From Eledone cirrhosa (Eukaryota), in contig CAXHJY010000381.1 of NCBI GenBank assembly GCA_964016885.1, positions 1 through 64,000 on the forward strand: 64,000 nucleotides of DNA, written 5' to 3'. How positions within the stretch are numbered: the stretch's first letter is position 1; each line of letters opens with the position of its first letter. A model generated the notes under the pieces. The model was not told the origin of the DNA, searched no databases, and saw only the letters and a list, made by a program, of their open reading frames with translations. The position numbers and the translations under genes were made by a program. Shown piece by piece: positions 1 through 16,050 of this stretch.

Positions 1-3000
1 AGTAACATGACAAAGTCTATATTAGTAACATGACAGTCTATATTATTAACATGACAAAGTCTCTATTAGTAACATGACAAAGTCTATATTAGTAACATGA
101 CAGTCTATATTAGTAACATGACAAAGTCTATATTAGTAACATGACAGTCTATATTGTAACATGACACAGTCTATATTAGTAACATGACACAGTTTATATT
201 AGTAACATGACATAGTCTATATTAGTAACATGACAAAGTCTATATTAGTAACATGACAAAGTCTATATTAGTAACATGACAAAGTCTATATTAGTAACAT
301 GACAAAGTCTATATTAGTAGCATGACACAGTCTATATTAGTAACATGACAAAGTCTATATTAGTAACATGACACAGTCTATATTAGTAACATGACAAAGT
401 CTATATTAGTAACATGACACAGTCTATATTAGTAACATGACACAGTCTATATTAGTAACATGACAAAGTCTATATTAGTAGCATGACAAAGTCTATATTA
501 GTAACATGACAAAGTCTATATTAGTAACATGACACAGTCTATGTTAGTAACATGACAAAGTCTATATTAATAACATGACAAAGTCTATATTAGTAACATG
601 ACACAGTCTATATTAGTAACATGACAAAGTCTATATTAGTAGCATGACAAAGTCTATATTAGTAACATGACACAGTCTATATTAGTAACATGACAAAGTC
701 TATATTAGTAGCATGACAAAGTCTATATTAGTAACATGACAAAGTCTATATTAGTAACATGACACACTCTATATTAGTAACATGACAGTCTATATTAGTA
801 ACATGACAGTCCATATTAGTAGCATGACAAAGTCTATATTAGTAACAGGACAAAGTCTATATTAGTAACATGACAGTCTATATTAGTAACATGACAAAGT
901 CTCTATTAGTAACATGACACGTCTATATTAGTAACATGACAGTCTATATTAGTAACATGACAAAGTCTATATTAGTAACATGACAGTCTATATTGTAACA
1001 TGACACAGTCTATATTAGTAACATGACACAGTTTATATTAGTAACATGACATAGTCTATATTAGTAACATGACAAAGTCTATATTAGTAACATGACAGTC
1101 TATATTGTCACATGACACAGTCTATATTAGTAACATGACACAGTCTATATTAGTAACATGACAGTCTATATTAGTAACATGACAAAGTCTATATTAGTAA
1201 CATGACAAAGTCTATATTAGTAACATGACAAAGTCTATATTAGTAACATGACAAAGTCTATATTAGTAGCATGACACAGTCTATATTAGTAACATGACAA
1301 AGTCTATATTAGTAACATGACACAGTCTATATTAGTAACATGACAAAGTCTATATTAGTAACATGACAACGTCTATATTAGTAACATGACACAGTCTATA
1401 TTAGTAACATGACAAAGTCTATATTAGTAACATGACACTGTCTATATTAGTAACTTGACAAAGTCTATATTAGTAACATGACACAGTCTATATTAGTAAC
1501 ATGACACAGTCTATATTAGTAACATGACAAAGTCTATATTAGTAGCATGACAAAGTCTATATTAGTAACATGACAAAGTCTATATTAGTAACATGACACA
1601 GTCTATGTTAGTAACATGACAAAGTCTATATTAGTAACATGACAAAGTCTATATTAGTAACATGACACAGTCTATATTAGTAACATGACAAAGTCTATAT
1701 TAGTAGCATGACAAAGTCTATATTAGTAACATGACACAGTCTATATTAGTAACATGACAAAATCTATATTAGTAGCATGACAAAGTCTATATTAGTAACA
1801 TGACAAAGTCTATATTAGTAACATGACACAGTCTATATTAGTAACATGACAGTCTATATTAGTAACATGACAGTCCATATTAGTAGCATGACAAAGTCTA
1901 TATTAGTAACATGACAAAGTCTATATTAGTAACATGACACAGTCTATATTAGTAACATGACACAGTCTATATTAGTAACATCACACAGTCTATATTAGTA
2001 ACATGACAAAGTCTATATTAGTAACATGGCAAAGTCTATATTAGTAACATGACAAAGTCTATATTAGTAACATGACAAGGCCTATATTAGTAACATGACA
2101 CAGTCTATATTAGTAACATGACAAAGTCTATATTAGTAACATGACAAAGTCTATATTAGTAACATGACAAAGTCTATATTAGTAACATGACAGTCTATAT
2201 TAGTAACATGACACAGTCTATATTAGTAACATGACAAAGTCTACATTAGTAACATGACACAGTCTATATTAGTAACATGACACCGTCTATATTAGTAACA
2301 TGACACAGTTTATATTAGTAACATGACAAAGTCTATATTAGTAACATGACAAAGTCTATATTAGTAACATGGCAGTCTATATTAGTAACATGACAAAGTC
2401 TATATTAGTAACATGACACAGTCTATATTAGTAACATGACAAAGACTCTATTAGTAACATGACAAAGTCTATATTAGTAACATGACAGTCTATATTAGTA
2501 ACATGACAAAATCTATATTAGTAACATGACAGTCTATATTAGTAACATGACAAAGTCTATATTAGTAACATGACAGTCTATATTGTACCATGACACAGTC
2601 TATATTAGTAACATGACATAGTCTATATTAGTAACATGACAAAGTCTATATTAGTAACATGACAGTCTATATTGTAACATGACACAGTCTATATTAGTAA
2701 CATGACACAGTCTATATTAGTAACATGACAGTCTATATTAGTAACATGACAAAGTCTATATTAGTAACATGACAAAGTCTATATTAGTAACATGACAAAG
2801 TCTATATTAGTAACATGACAAAGTCTATATTAGTAGCATGACACAGTCTATATTAGTAACATGACAAAGTCTATATTAGTAACATGACAAAGTCTATATT
2901 AGTAGCATGACACAGTCTATATTAGTAACATGACAAAGTCTATATTAGTAACATGACACAGTCTATATTAGTAACATGACACAGTCTATATTAGTAACAT

Positions 3001-6000
3001 GACAGTCTATATTAGTAACATGACAAAGTCTATATTAGTAACATGACAAAGTCTATATTAGTAACATGACAAAGTCTATATTAGTAACATGACAAAGTCT
3101 ATATTAGTAGCATGACACAGTCTATATTAGTAACATGACAAAGTCTATATTAGTAACATGACACAGTCTATATTAGTAACATGACAAAGTCTATATTAGT
3201 AACATGACACAGTCTATATTAGTAACATGACACAGTCTATATTAGTAACATGACAAAGTCTATATTAGTAGCATGACAAAGTCTATATTAGTAACATGAC
3301 AAAGTCTATATTAGTAACATGACACAGTCTATGTTAGTAACATGACAAAGTCTATATTAATAACATGACAAAGTCTATATTAGTAACATGACACAGTCTA
3401 TATTAGTAACATGACAAAGTCTATATTAGTAGCATGACAAAGTCTATATTAGTAACATGACACAGTCTATATTAGTAACATGACAAAGTCTATATTAGTA
3501 GCATGACAAAGTCTATATTAGTAACATGACAAAGTCTATATTAGTAACATGACACACTCTATATTAGTAACATGACAGTCTATATTAGTAACATGACAGT
3601 CCATATTAGTAGCATGACAAAGTCTATATTAGTAACAGGACAAAGTCTATATTAGTAACATGACAGTCTATATTAGTAACATGACAAAGTCTCTATTAGT
3701 AACATGACACGTCTATATTAGTAACATGACAGTCTATATTAGTAACATGACAAAGTCTATATTAGTAACATGACAGTCTATATTGTAACATGACACAGTC
3801 TATATTAGTAACATGACACAGTTTATATTAGTAACATGACATAGTCTATATTAGTAACATGACAAAGTCTATATTAGTAACATGACAGTCTATATTGTCA
3901 CATGACACAGTCTATATTAGTAACATGACACAGTCTATATTAGTAACATGACAGTCTATATTAGTAACATGACAAAGTCTATATTAGTAACATGACAAAG
4001 TCTATATTAGTAACATGACAAAGTCTATATTAGTAACATGACAAAGTCTATATTAGTAGCATGACACAGTCTATATTAGTAACATGACAAAGTCTATATT
4101 AGTAACATGACACAGTCTATATTAGTAACATGACAAAGTCTATATTAGTAACATGACAACGTCTATATTAGTAACATGACACAGTCTATATTAGTAACAT
4201 GACAAAGTCTATATTAGTAACATGACACTGTCTATATTAGTAACTTGACAAAGTCTATATTAGTAACATGACACAGTCTATATTAGTAACATGACACAGT
4301 CTATATTAGTAACATGACAAAGTCTATATTAGTAGCATGACAAAGTCTATATTAGTAACATGACAAAGTCTATATTAGTAACATGACACAGTCTATGTTA
4401 GTAACATGACAAAGTCTATATTAGTAACATGACAAAGTCTATATTAGTAACATGACACAGTCTATATTAGTAACATGACAAAGTCTATATTAGTAGCATG
4501 ACAAAGTCTATATTAGTAACATGACACAGTCTATATTAGTAACATGACAAAGTCTATATTAGTAGCATGACAAAGTCTATATTAGTAACATGACAAAGTC
4601 TATATTAGTAACATGACACAGTCTATATTAGTAACATGACAGTCTATATTAGTAACATGACAGTCCATATTAGTAGCATGACAAAGTCTATATTAGTAAC
4701 ATGACAAAGTCTATATTAGTAACATGACACAGTCTATATTAGTAACATGACACAGTCTATATTAGTAACATCACACAGTCTATATTAGTAACATGACAAA
4801 GTCTATATTAGTAACATGGCAAAGTCTATATTAGTAACATGACAAAGTCTATATTAGTAACATGACAAGGCCTATATTAGTAACATGACACAGTCTATAT
4901 TAGTAACATGACAAAGTCTATATTAGTAACATGACAAAGTCTATATTAGTAACATGACAAAGTCTATATTAGTAACATGACAGTCTATATTAGTAACATG
5001 ACACAGTCTATATTAGTAACATGACAAAGTCTACATTAGTAACATGACACAGTCTATATTAGTAACATGACACAGTCTATATTAGTAACATGACACAGTT
5101 TATATTAGTAACATGACAAAGTCTATATTAGTAACATGACAAAGTCTATATTAGTAACATGGCAGTCTATATTAGTAACATGACAAAGTCTATATTAGTA
5201 ACATGACACAGTCTATATTAGTAACATGACAAAGACTCTATTAGTAACATGACAAAGTCTATATTAGTAACATGACAGTCTATATTAGTAACATGACAAA
5301 ATCTATATTAGTAACATGACAGTCTATATTAGTAACATGACAAAGTCTATATTAGTAACATGACAGTCTATATTGTACCATGACACAGTCTATATTAGTA
5401 ACATGACATAGTCTATATTAGTAACATGACAAAGTCTATATTAGTAACATGACAGTCTATATTGTAACATGACACAGTCTATATTAGTAACATGACACAG
5501 TCTATATTAGTAACATGACAGTCTATATTAGTAACATGACAAAGTCTATATTAGTAACATGACAAAGTCTATATTAGTAACATGACAAAGTCTATATTAG
5601 TAACATGACAAAGTCTATATTAGTAGCATGACACAGTCTATATTAGTAACATGACAAAGTCTATATTAGTAACATGACAAAGTCTATATTAGTAGCATGA
5701 CACAGTCTATATTAGTAACATGACAAAGTCTATATTAGTAACATGACACAGTCTATATTAGTAACATGACAAAGTCTATATTAGTAACATGACAAAGTCT
5801 ATATTAGTAACATGACACAGTCTATATTAGTAACATGACAAAGTCTATATTAGTAACATGACACTGTCTATATTAGTAACTTGACAAAGTCTATATTAGT
5901 AACATGACACAGTCTATATTAGTAACATGACACAGTCTATATTAGTAACATGACAAAGTCTATATTAGTAGCATGACAAAGTCTATATTAGTAACATGAC

Positions 6001-9000
6001 AAAGTCTATATTAGTAACATGACACAGTCTATGTTAGTAACATGACAAAGTCTATATTAGTAACATGACAAAGTCTATATTAGTAACATGACACAGTCTA
6101 TATTAGTAACATGACAAAGTCTATATTAGTAGCATGACAAAGTCTATATTAGTAACATGACACAGTCTATATTAGTAACATGACAAAGTCTATATTAGTA
6201 GCATGACAAAGTCTATATTAGTAACATGACAAAGTCTATATTAGTAACATGACACAGTCTATATTAGTAACATGACAGTGTATATTAGTAACATGACAGT
6301 CCATATTAGTAGCATGACAAAGTCTATATTAGTAACATGACAAAGTCTATATTAGTAACATGACACAGTCTATATTAGTAACATGACACAGTCTATATTA
6401 GTAACATCACACAGTCTATATTAGTAACATGACAAAGTCTATATTAGTAACATGGCAAAGTCTATATTAGTAACATGACAAAGTCTATATTAGTAACATG
6501 ACAAGGCCTATATTAGTAACATGACACAGTCTATATTAGTAACATGACAAAGTCTATATTAGTAACATGACAGTCTGTATTAGTAACATGACAAAGTCTA
6601 TATTAGTAACATGACAAAGTCTATATTAGTAACATGACAGTCTATATTAGTAACATGACACAGTCTATATTAGTAACATGACAAAGTCTACATTAGTAAC
6701 ATGACACAGTCTATATTAGTAACATGACACAGTCTATATTAGTAACATGACACAGTCTATATTAGTAACATGACAAAGTCTATATTAGTAACATGGCAGT
6801 CTATATTAGTAACATGACACAGTCTATATTAGTAACATGACACAGTCTATATTAGTAACATGACAGTCTATATTAGTAACATGACAAAGTCTATATTAGT
6901 AACATGACAAAGTCTATATTAGTAACATGACAAAGTCTATATTAGTAACATGACAAAGTCTATATTAGTAGCATGACACAGTCTATATTAGTAACATGAC
7001 AAAGTCTATATTAGTAACATGACACAGTCTATATTAGTAACATGACAAAGTCTATATTAGTAACATGACACAGTCTATATTAGTAACATGACATAGTCTA
7101 TATTAGTAACATGACAAAGTCTATATTAGTAGCATGACACAGTCTATATTAGTAACATGACACAGTCTATATTAGTAACATGACACAGTCTATATTAGTA
7201 ACATGACACAGTCTATATTAGTAGCATGACAAAGTCTATATTAGTAACATGACAAAGTCTATATTAGTAGTATGACAAAGTCTATATTAGTAACATGACA
7301 GTCTATATTAGTAACATGACAAAGTCTATATTAGTAGCATGACAAAGTCTATATTAGTAGCATGACACAGTCTATATTAGTAAAATGACACAGTCTATAT
7401 TAGTAACATGACACAGTCTATATTAGTAACATGACAAAGTCTATATTAGTAGCATGACAAAGTCTATATTAGTAACATGACAACGTCTATATTAGTAACA
7501 TGACACAGTCTATATTAGTAACATGACAAAGTCTATATTAGTAACATGACAAAGTCTATATTAGTAACATGGCAGTCTATATTAGTAACATGACAAAGTC
7601 TATATTAGTAACATGACACAGTCTATATTAGTAACATGACAAAGTCTCTATTAGTAACATGACACAGTCTATATTAGTAACATGACAGTCTATATTAGTA
7701 ACATGACAAAGTCTCTATTAGTAACATGACAAAGTCTATATTAGTAACATGACAAAGTCTATATTAGTAACATGGCAGTCTATATTAGTAACATGACAAA
7801 GTCTATATTAGTAACATGACACTGTCTATATTAGTAACTTGACAAAGTCTATATTAGTAACATGACACAGTCTATATTAGTAACATGACAGTCTATATTA
7901 GTAACATGACAAAGTCTATATTAGTAGCATGACAAAGTCTATATTAGTAACATGACAAAGTCTATATTAGTAACATGACACAGTCTATGTTAGTAACATG
8001 ACAAAGTCTATATTAATAACATGACAAAGTCTATATTAGTAACATGACACAGTCTATATTAGTAACATGACAAAGTCTATATTAGTAGCATGACAAAGTC
8101 TATATTAGTAACATGACACAGTCTATATTAGTAACATGACAAAGTCTATATTAGTAGCATGACAAAGTCTATATTAGTAACATGACAAAGTCTATATTAG
8201 TAACATGACACAGTCTATATTAGTAACATGACAAAGTCTATATTAGTAACATGACAGTCTATATTAGTAACATGACAAAGTCTATATTAGTAACATGACA
8301 AAGTCTCTATTAGTAACATGACAAAGTCTATATTAGTAACATGACAGTCTATATTATTAACATGACAAAGTCTCTATTAGTAACATGACAAAGTCTATAT
8401 TAGTAACATGACAGTCTATATTAGTAACATGACAAAGTCTATATTAGTAACATGACAGTCTATATTGTAACATGACACAGTCTATATTAGTAACATGACA
8501 CAGTTTATATTAGTAACATGACATAGTCTATATTAGTAACATGACAAAGTCTATATTAGTAACATGACAAAGTCTATATTAGTAACATGACAAAGTCTAT
8601 ATTAGTAACATGACAAAGTCTATATTAGTAGCATGACACAGTCTATATTAGTAACATGACAAAGTCTATATTAGTAACATGACACAGTCTATATTAGTAA
8701 CATGACAAAGTCTATATTAGTAACATGACACAGTCTATATTAGTAACATGACACAGTCTATATTAGTAACATGACAAAGTCTATATTAGTAGCATGACAA
8801 AGTCTATATTAGTAACATGACAAAGTCTATATTAGTAACATGACACAGTCTATGTTAGTAACATGACAAAGTCTATATTAATAACATGACAAAGTCTATA
8901 TTAGTAACATGACACAGTCTATATTAGTAACATGACAAAGTCTATATTAGTAGCATGACAAAGTCTATATTAGTAACATGACACAGTCTATATTAGTAAC

Positions 9001-12000
9001 ATGACAAAGTCTATATTAGTAGCATGACAAAGTCTATATTAGTAACATGACAAAGTCTATATTAGTAACATGACACACTCTATATTAGTAACATGACAGT
9101 CTATATTAGTAACATGACAGTCCATATTAGTAGCATGACAAAGTCTATATTAGTAACAGGACAAAGTCTATATTAGTAACATGACAGTCTATATTAGTAA
9201 CATGACAAAGTCTCTATTAGTAACATGACACGTCTATATTAGTAACATGACAGTCTATATTAGTAACATGACAAAGTCTATATTAGTAACATGACAGTCT
9301 ATATTGTAACATGACACAGTCTATATTAGTAACATGACACAGTTTATATTAGTAACATGACATAGTCTATATTAGTAACATGACAAAGTCTATATTAGTA
9401 ACATGACAGTCTATATTGTCACATGACACGGTCTATATTAGTAACATGACACAGTCTATATTAGTAACATGACAGTCTATATTAGTAACATGACAAAGTC
9501 TATATTAGTAACATGACAAAGTCTATATTAGTAACATGACAAAGTCTATATTAGTAACATGACAAAGTCTATATTAGTAGCATGACACAGTCTATATTAG
9601 TAACATGACAAAGTCTATATTAGTAACATGACACAGTCTATATTAGTAACATGACAAAGTCTATATTAGTAACATGACAACGTCTATATTAGTAACATGA
9701 CACAGTCTATATTAGTAACATGACAAAGTCTATATTAGTAACATGACACTGTCTATATTAGTAACTTGACAAAGTCTATATTAGTAACATGACACAGTCT
9801 ATATTAGTAACATGACACAGTCTATATTAGTAACATGACAAAGTCTATATTAGTAGCATGACAAAGTCTATATTAGTAACATGACAAAGTCTATATTAGT
9901 AACATGACACAGTCTATGTTAGTAACATGACAAAGTCTATATTAGTAACATGACAAAGTCTATATTAGTAACATGACACAGTCTATATTAGTAACATGAC
10001 AAAGTCTATATTAGTAGCATGACAAAGTCTATATTAGTAACATGACACAGTCTATATTAGTAACATGACAAAATCTATATTAGTAGCATGACAAAGTCTA
10101 TATTAGTAACATGACAAAGTCTATATTAGTAACATGACACAGTCTATATTAGTAACATGACAGTCTATATTAGTAACATGACAGTCCATATTAGTAGCAT
10201 GACAAAGTCTATATTAGTAACATGACAAAGTCTATATTAGTAACATGACACAGTCTATATTAGTAACATGACACAGTCTATATTAGTAACATCACACAGT
10301 CTATATTAGTAACATGACAAAGTCTATATTAGTAACATGGCAAAGTCTATATTAGTAACATGACAAAGTCTATATTAGTAACATGACAAGGCCTATATTA
10401 GTAACATGACACAGTCTATATTAGTAACATGACAAAGTCTATATTAGTAACATGACAAAGTCTATATTAGTAACATGACAAAGTCTATATTAGTAACATG
10501 ACAGTCTATATTAGTAACATGACACAGTCTATATTAGTAACATGACAAAGTCTACATTAGTAACATGACACAGTCTATATTAGTAACATGACACCGTCTA
10601 TATTAGTAACATGACACAGTTTATATTAGTAACATGACAAAGTCTATATTAGTAACATGACAAAGTCTATATTAGTAACATGGCAGTCTATATTAGTAAC
10701 ATGACAAAGTCTATATTAGTAACATGACACAGTCTATATTAGTAACATGACAAAGACTCTATTAGTAACATGACAAAGTCTATATTAGTAACATGACAGT
10801 CTATATTAGTAACATGACAAAATCTATATTAGTAACATGACAGTCTATATTAGTAACATGACAAAGTCTATATTAGTAACATGACAGTCTATATTGTACC
10901 ATGACACAGTCTATATTAGTAACATGACATAGTCTATATTAGTAACATGACAAAGTCTATATTAGTAACATGACAGTCTATATTGTAACATGACACAGTC
11001 TATATTAGTAACATGACACAGTCTATATTAGTAACATGACAGTCTATATTAGTAACATGACAAAGTCTATATTAGTAACATGACAAAGTCTATATTAGTA
11101 ACATGACAAAGTCTATATTAGTAACATGACAAAGTCTATATTAGTAGCATGACACAGTCTATATTAGTAACATGACAAAGTCTATATTAGTAACATGACA
11201 AAGTCTATATTAGTAGCATGACACAGTCTATATTAGTAACATGACAAAGTCTATATTAGTAACATGACACAGTCTATATTAGTAACATGACACAGTCTAT
11301 ATTAGTAACATGACAGTCTATATTAGTAACATGACAAAGTCTATATTAGTAACATGACAAAGTCTATATTAGTAACATGACAAAGTCTATATTAGTAACA
11401 TGACAAAGTCTATATTAGTAGCATGACACAGTCTATATTAGTAACATGACAAAGTCTATATTAGTAACATGACACAGTCTATATTAGTAACATGACAAAG
11501 TCTATATTAGTAACATGACACAGTCTATATTAGTAACATGACACAGTCTATATTAGTAACATGACAAAGTCTATATTAGTAGCATGACAAAGTCTATATT
11601 AGTAACATGACAAAGTCTATATTAGTAACATGACACAGTCTATGTTAGTAACATGACAAAGTCTATATTAATAACATGACAAAGTCTATATTAGTAACAT
11701 GACACAGTCTATATTAGTAACATGACAAAGTCTATATTAGTAGCATGACAAAGTCTATATTAGTAACATGACACAGTCTATATTAGTAACATGACAAAGT
11801 CTATATTAGTAGCATGACAAAGTCTATATTAGTAACATGACAAAGTCTATATTAGTAACATGACACACTCTATATTAGTAACATGACAGTCTATATTAGT
11901 AACATGACAGTCCATATTAGTAGCATGACAAAGTCTATATTAGTAACAGGACAAAGTCTATATTAGTAACATGACAGTCTATATTAGTAACATGACAAAG

Positions 12001-15000
12001 TCTCTATTAGTAACATGACACGTCTATATTAGTAACATGACAGTCTATATTAGTAACATGACAAAGTCTATATTAGTAACATGACAGTCTATATTGTAAC
12101 ATGACACAGTCTATATTAGTAACATGACACAGTTTATATTAGTAACATGACATAGTCTATATTAGTAACATGACAAAGTCTATATTAGTAACATGACAGT
12201 CTATATTGTCACATGACACAGTCTATATTAGTAACATGACACAGTCTATATTAGTAACATGACAGTCTATATTAGTAACATGACAAAGTCTATATTAGTA
12301 ACATGACAAAGTCTATATTAGTAACATGACAAAGTCTATATTAGTAACATGACAAAGTCTATATTAGTAGCATGACACAGTCTATATTAGTAACATGACA
12401 AAGTCTATATTAGTAACATGACACAGTCTATATTAGTAACATGACAAAGTCTATATTAGTAACATGACAACGTCTATATTAGTAACATGACACAGTCTAT
12501 ATTAGTAACATGACAAAGTCTATATTAGTAACATGACACTGTCTATATTAGTAACTTGACAAAGTCTATATTAGTAACATGACACAGTCTATATTAGTAA
12601 CATGACACAGTCTATATTAGTAACATGACAAAGTCTATATTAGTAGCATGACAAAGTCTATATTAGTAACATGACAAAGTCTATATTAGTAACATGACAC
12701 AGTCTATGTTAGTAACATGACAAAGTCTATATTAGTAACATGACAAAGTCTATATTAGTAACATGACACAGTCTATATTAGTAACATGACAAAGTCTATA
12801 TTAGTAGCATGACAAAGTCTATATTAGTAACATGACACAGTCTATATTAGTAACATGACAAAGTCTATATTAGTAGCATGACAAAGTCTATATTAGTAAC
12901 ATGACAAAGTCTATATTAGTAACATGACACAGTCTATATTAGTAACATGACAGTCTATATTAGTAACATGACAGTCCATATTAGTAGCATGACAAAGTCT
13001 ATATTAGTAACATGACAAAGTCTATATTAGTAACATGACACAGTCTATATTAGTAACATGACACAGTCTATATTAGTAACATCACACAGTCTATATTAGT
13101 AACATGACAAAGTCTATATTAGTAACATGGCAAAGTCTATATTAGTAACATGACAAAGTCTATATTAGTAACATGACAAGGCCTATATTAGTAACATGAC
13201 ACAGTCTATATTAGTAACATGACAAAGTCTATATTAGTAACATGACAAAGTCTATATTAGTAACATGACAAAGTCTATATTAGTAACATGACAGTCTATA
13301 TTAGTAACATGACACAGTCTATATTAGTAACATGACAAAGTCTACATTAGTAACATGACACAGTCTATATTAGTAACATGACACAGTCTATATTAGTAAC
13401 ATGACACAGTTTATATTAGTAACATGACAAAGTCTATATTAGTAACATGACAAAGTCTATATTAGTAACATGGCAGTCTATATTAGTAACATGACAAAGT
13501 CTATATTAGTAACATGACACAGTCTATATTAGTAACATGACAAAGACTCTATTAGTAACATGACAAAGTCTATATTAGTAACATGACAGTCTATATTAGT
13601 AACATGACAAAATCTATATTAGTAACATGACAGTCTATATTAGTAACATGACAAAGTCTATATTAGTAACATGACAGTCTATATTGTACCATGACACAGT
13701 CTATATTAGTAACATGACATAGTCTATATTAGTAACATGACAAAGTCTATATTAGTAACATGACAGTCTATATTGTAACATGACACAGTCTATATTAGTA
13801 ACATGACACAGTCTATATTAGTAACATGACAGTCTATATTAGTAACATGACAAAGTCTATATTAGTAACATGACAAAGTCTATATTAGTAACATGACAAA
13901 GTCTATATTAGTAACATGACAAAGTCTATATTAGTAGCATGACACAGTCTATATTAGTAACATGACAAAGTCTATATTAGTAACATGACAAAGTCTATAT
14001 TAGTAGCATGACACAGTCTATATTAGTAACATGACAAAGTCTATATTAGTAACATGACACAGTCTATATTAGTAACATGACAAAGTCTATATTAGTAACA
14101 TGACAAAGTCTATATTAGTAACATGACACAGTCTATATTAGTAACATGACAAAGTCTATATTAGTAACATGACACTGTCTATATTAGTAACTTGACAAAG
14201 TCTATATTAGTAACATGACACAGTCTATATTAGTAACATGACACAGTCTATATTAGTAACATGACAAAGTCTATATTAGTAGCATGACAAAGTCTATATT
14301 AGTAACATGACAAAGTCTATATTAGTAACATGACACAGTCTATGTTAGTAACATGACAAAGTCTATATTAGTAACATGACAAAGTCTATATTAGTAACAT
14401 GACACAGTCTATATTAGTAACATGACAAAGTCTATATTAGTAGCATGACAAAGTCTATATTAGTAACATGACACAGTCTATATTAGTAACATGACAAAGT
14501 CTATATTAGTAGCATGACAAAGTCTATATTAGTAACATGACAAAGTCTATATTAGTAACATGACACAGTCTATATTAGTAACATGACAGTGTATATTAGT
14601 AACATGACAGTCCATATTAGTAGCATGACAAAGTCTATATTAGTAACATGACAAAGTCTATATTAGTAACATGACACAGTCTATATTAGTAACATGACAC
14701 AGTCTATATTAGTAACATCACACAGTCTATATTAGTAACATGACAAAGTCTATATTAGTAACATGGCAAAGTCTATATTAGTAACATGACAAAGTCTATA
14801 TTAGTAACATGACAAGGCCTATATTAGTAACATGACACAGTCTATATTAGTAACATGACAAAGTCTATATTAGTAACATGACAGTCTGTATTAGTAACAT
14901 GACAAAGTCTATATTAGTAACATGACAAAGTCTATATTAGTAACATGACAGTCTATATTAGTAACATGACACAGTCTATATTAGTAACATGACAAAGTCT

Positions 15001-16050
15001 ACATTAGTAACATGACACAGTCTATATTAGTAACATGACACAGTCTATATTAGTAACATGACACAGTCTATATTAGTAACATGACAAAGTCTATATTAGT
15101 AACATGGCAGTCTATATTAGTAACATGACACAGTCTATATTAGTAACATGACACAGTCTATATTAGTAACATGACAGTCTATATTAGTAACATGACAAAG
15201 TCTATATTAGTAACATGACAAAGTCTATATTAGTAACATGACAAAGTCTATATTAGTAACATGACAAAGTCTATATTAGTAGCATGACACAGTCTATATT
15301 AGTAACATGACAAAGTCTATATTAGTAACATGACACAGTCTATATTAGTAACATGACAAAGTCTATATTAGTAACATGACACAGTCTATATTAGTAACAT
15401 GACATAGTCTATATTAGTAACATGACAAAGTCTATATTAGTAGCATGACACAGTCTATATTAGTAACATGACACAGTCTATATTAGTAACATGACACAGT
15501 CTATATTAGTAACATGACACAGTCTATATTAGTAGCATGACAAAGTCTATATTAGTAACATGACAAAGTCTATATTAGTAGTATGACAAAGTCTATATTA
15601 GTAACATGACAGTCTATATTAGTAACATGACAAAGTCTATATTAGTAGCATGACAAAGTCTATATTAGTAGCATGACACAGTCTATATTAGTAAAATGAC
15701 ACAGTCTATATTAGTAACATGACACAGTCTATATTAGTAACATGACAAAGTCTATATTAGTAGCATGACAAAGTCTATATTAGTAACATGACAAAGTCTA
15801 TATTAGTAACATGACACAGTCTATATTAGTAACATGACAAAGTCTATATTAGTAACATGACAAAGTCTATATTAGTAACATGGCAGTCTATATTAGTAAC
15901 ATGACAAAGTCTATATTAGTAACATGACACAGTCTATATTAGTAACATGACAAAGTCTCTATTAGTAACATGACAAAGTCTATATTAGTAACATGACAGT
16001 CTATATTAGTAACATGACAAAGTCTCTATTAGTAACATGACAAAGTCTAT
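1..16050. repeat. Higher-order duplication, offset 8311 bp (1-about 7740 and 8312-about 16050)
   Basis: TATTATTAAC at 41/8352; AGTAACAGGA at 841/9152 and 3631/11942; AGGCCT at 2078/10389, 4868/13179 and 6504/14815. Confidence 0.92.
230..5750. repeat. Higher-order tandem duplication, period 2790 bp (about 230-2960 and about 3020-5750)
   Basis: Markers at offset 2790: AGTAACAGGA at 841/3631, CATGACACTG at 1431/4221, AGGCCT at 2078/4868. Boundaries are approximate. Confidence 0.9.

Noticed and set aside
1-46. Transcription-factor or promoter motifs in the monomer (TGACA TALE-homeodomain core, TAGTAAC RFX-like half site, TATATT -10/TATA-like)
   Set aside because: Short matches are expected by chance in AT-rich DNA, and there is no gene context or organism information to support function.
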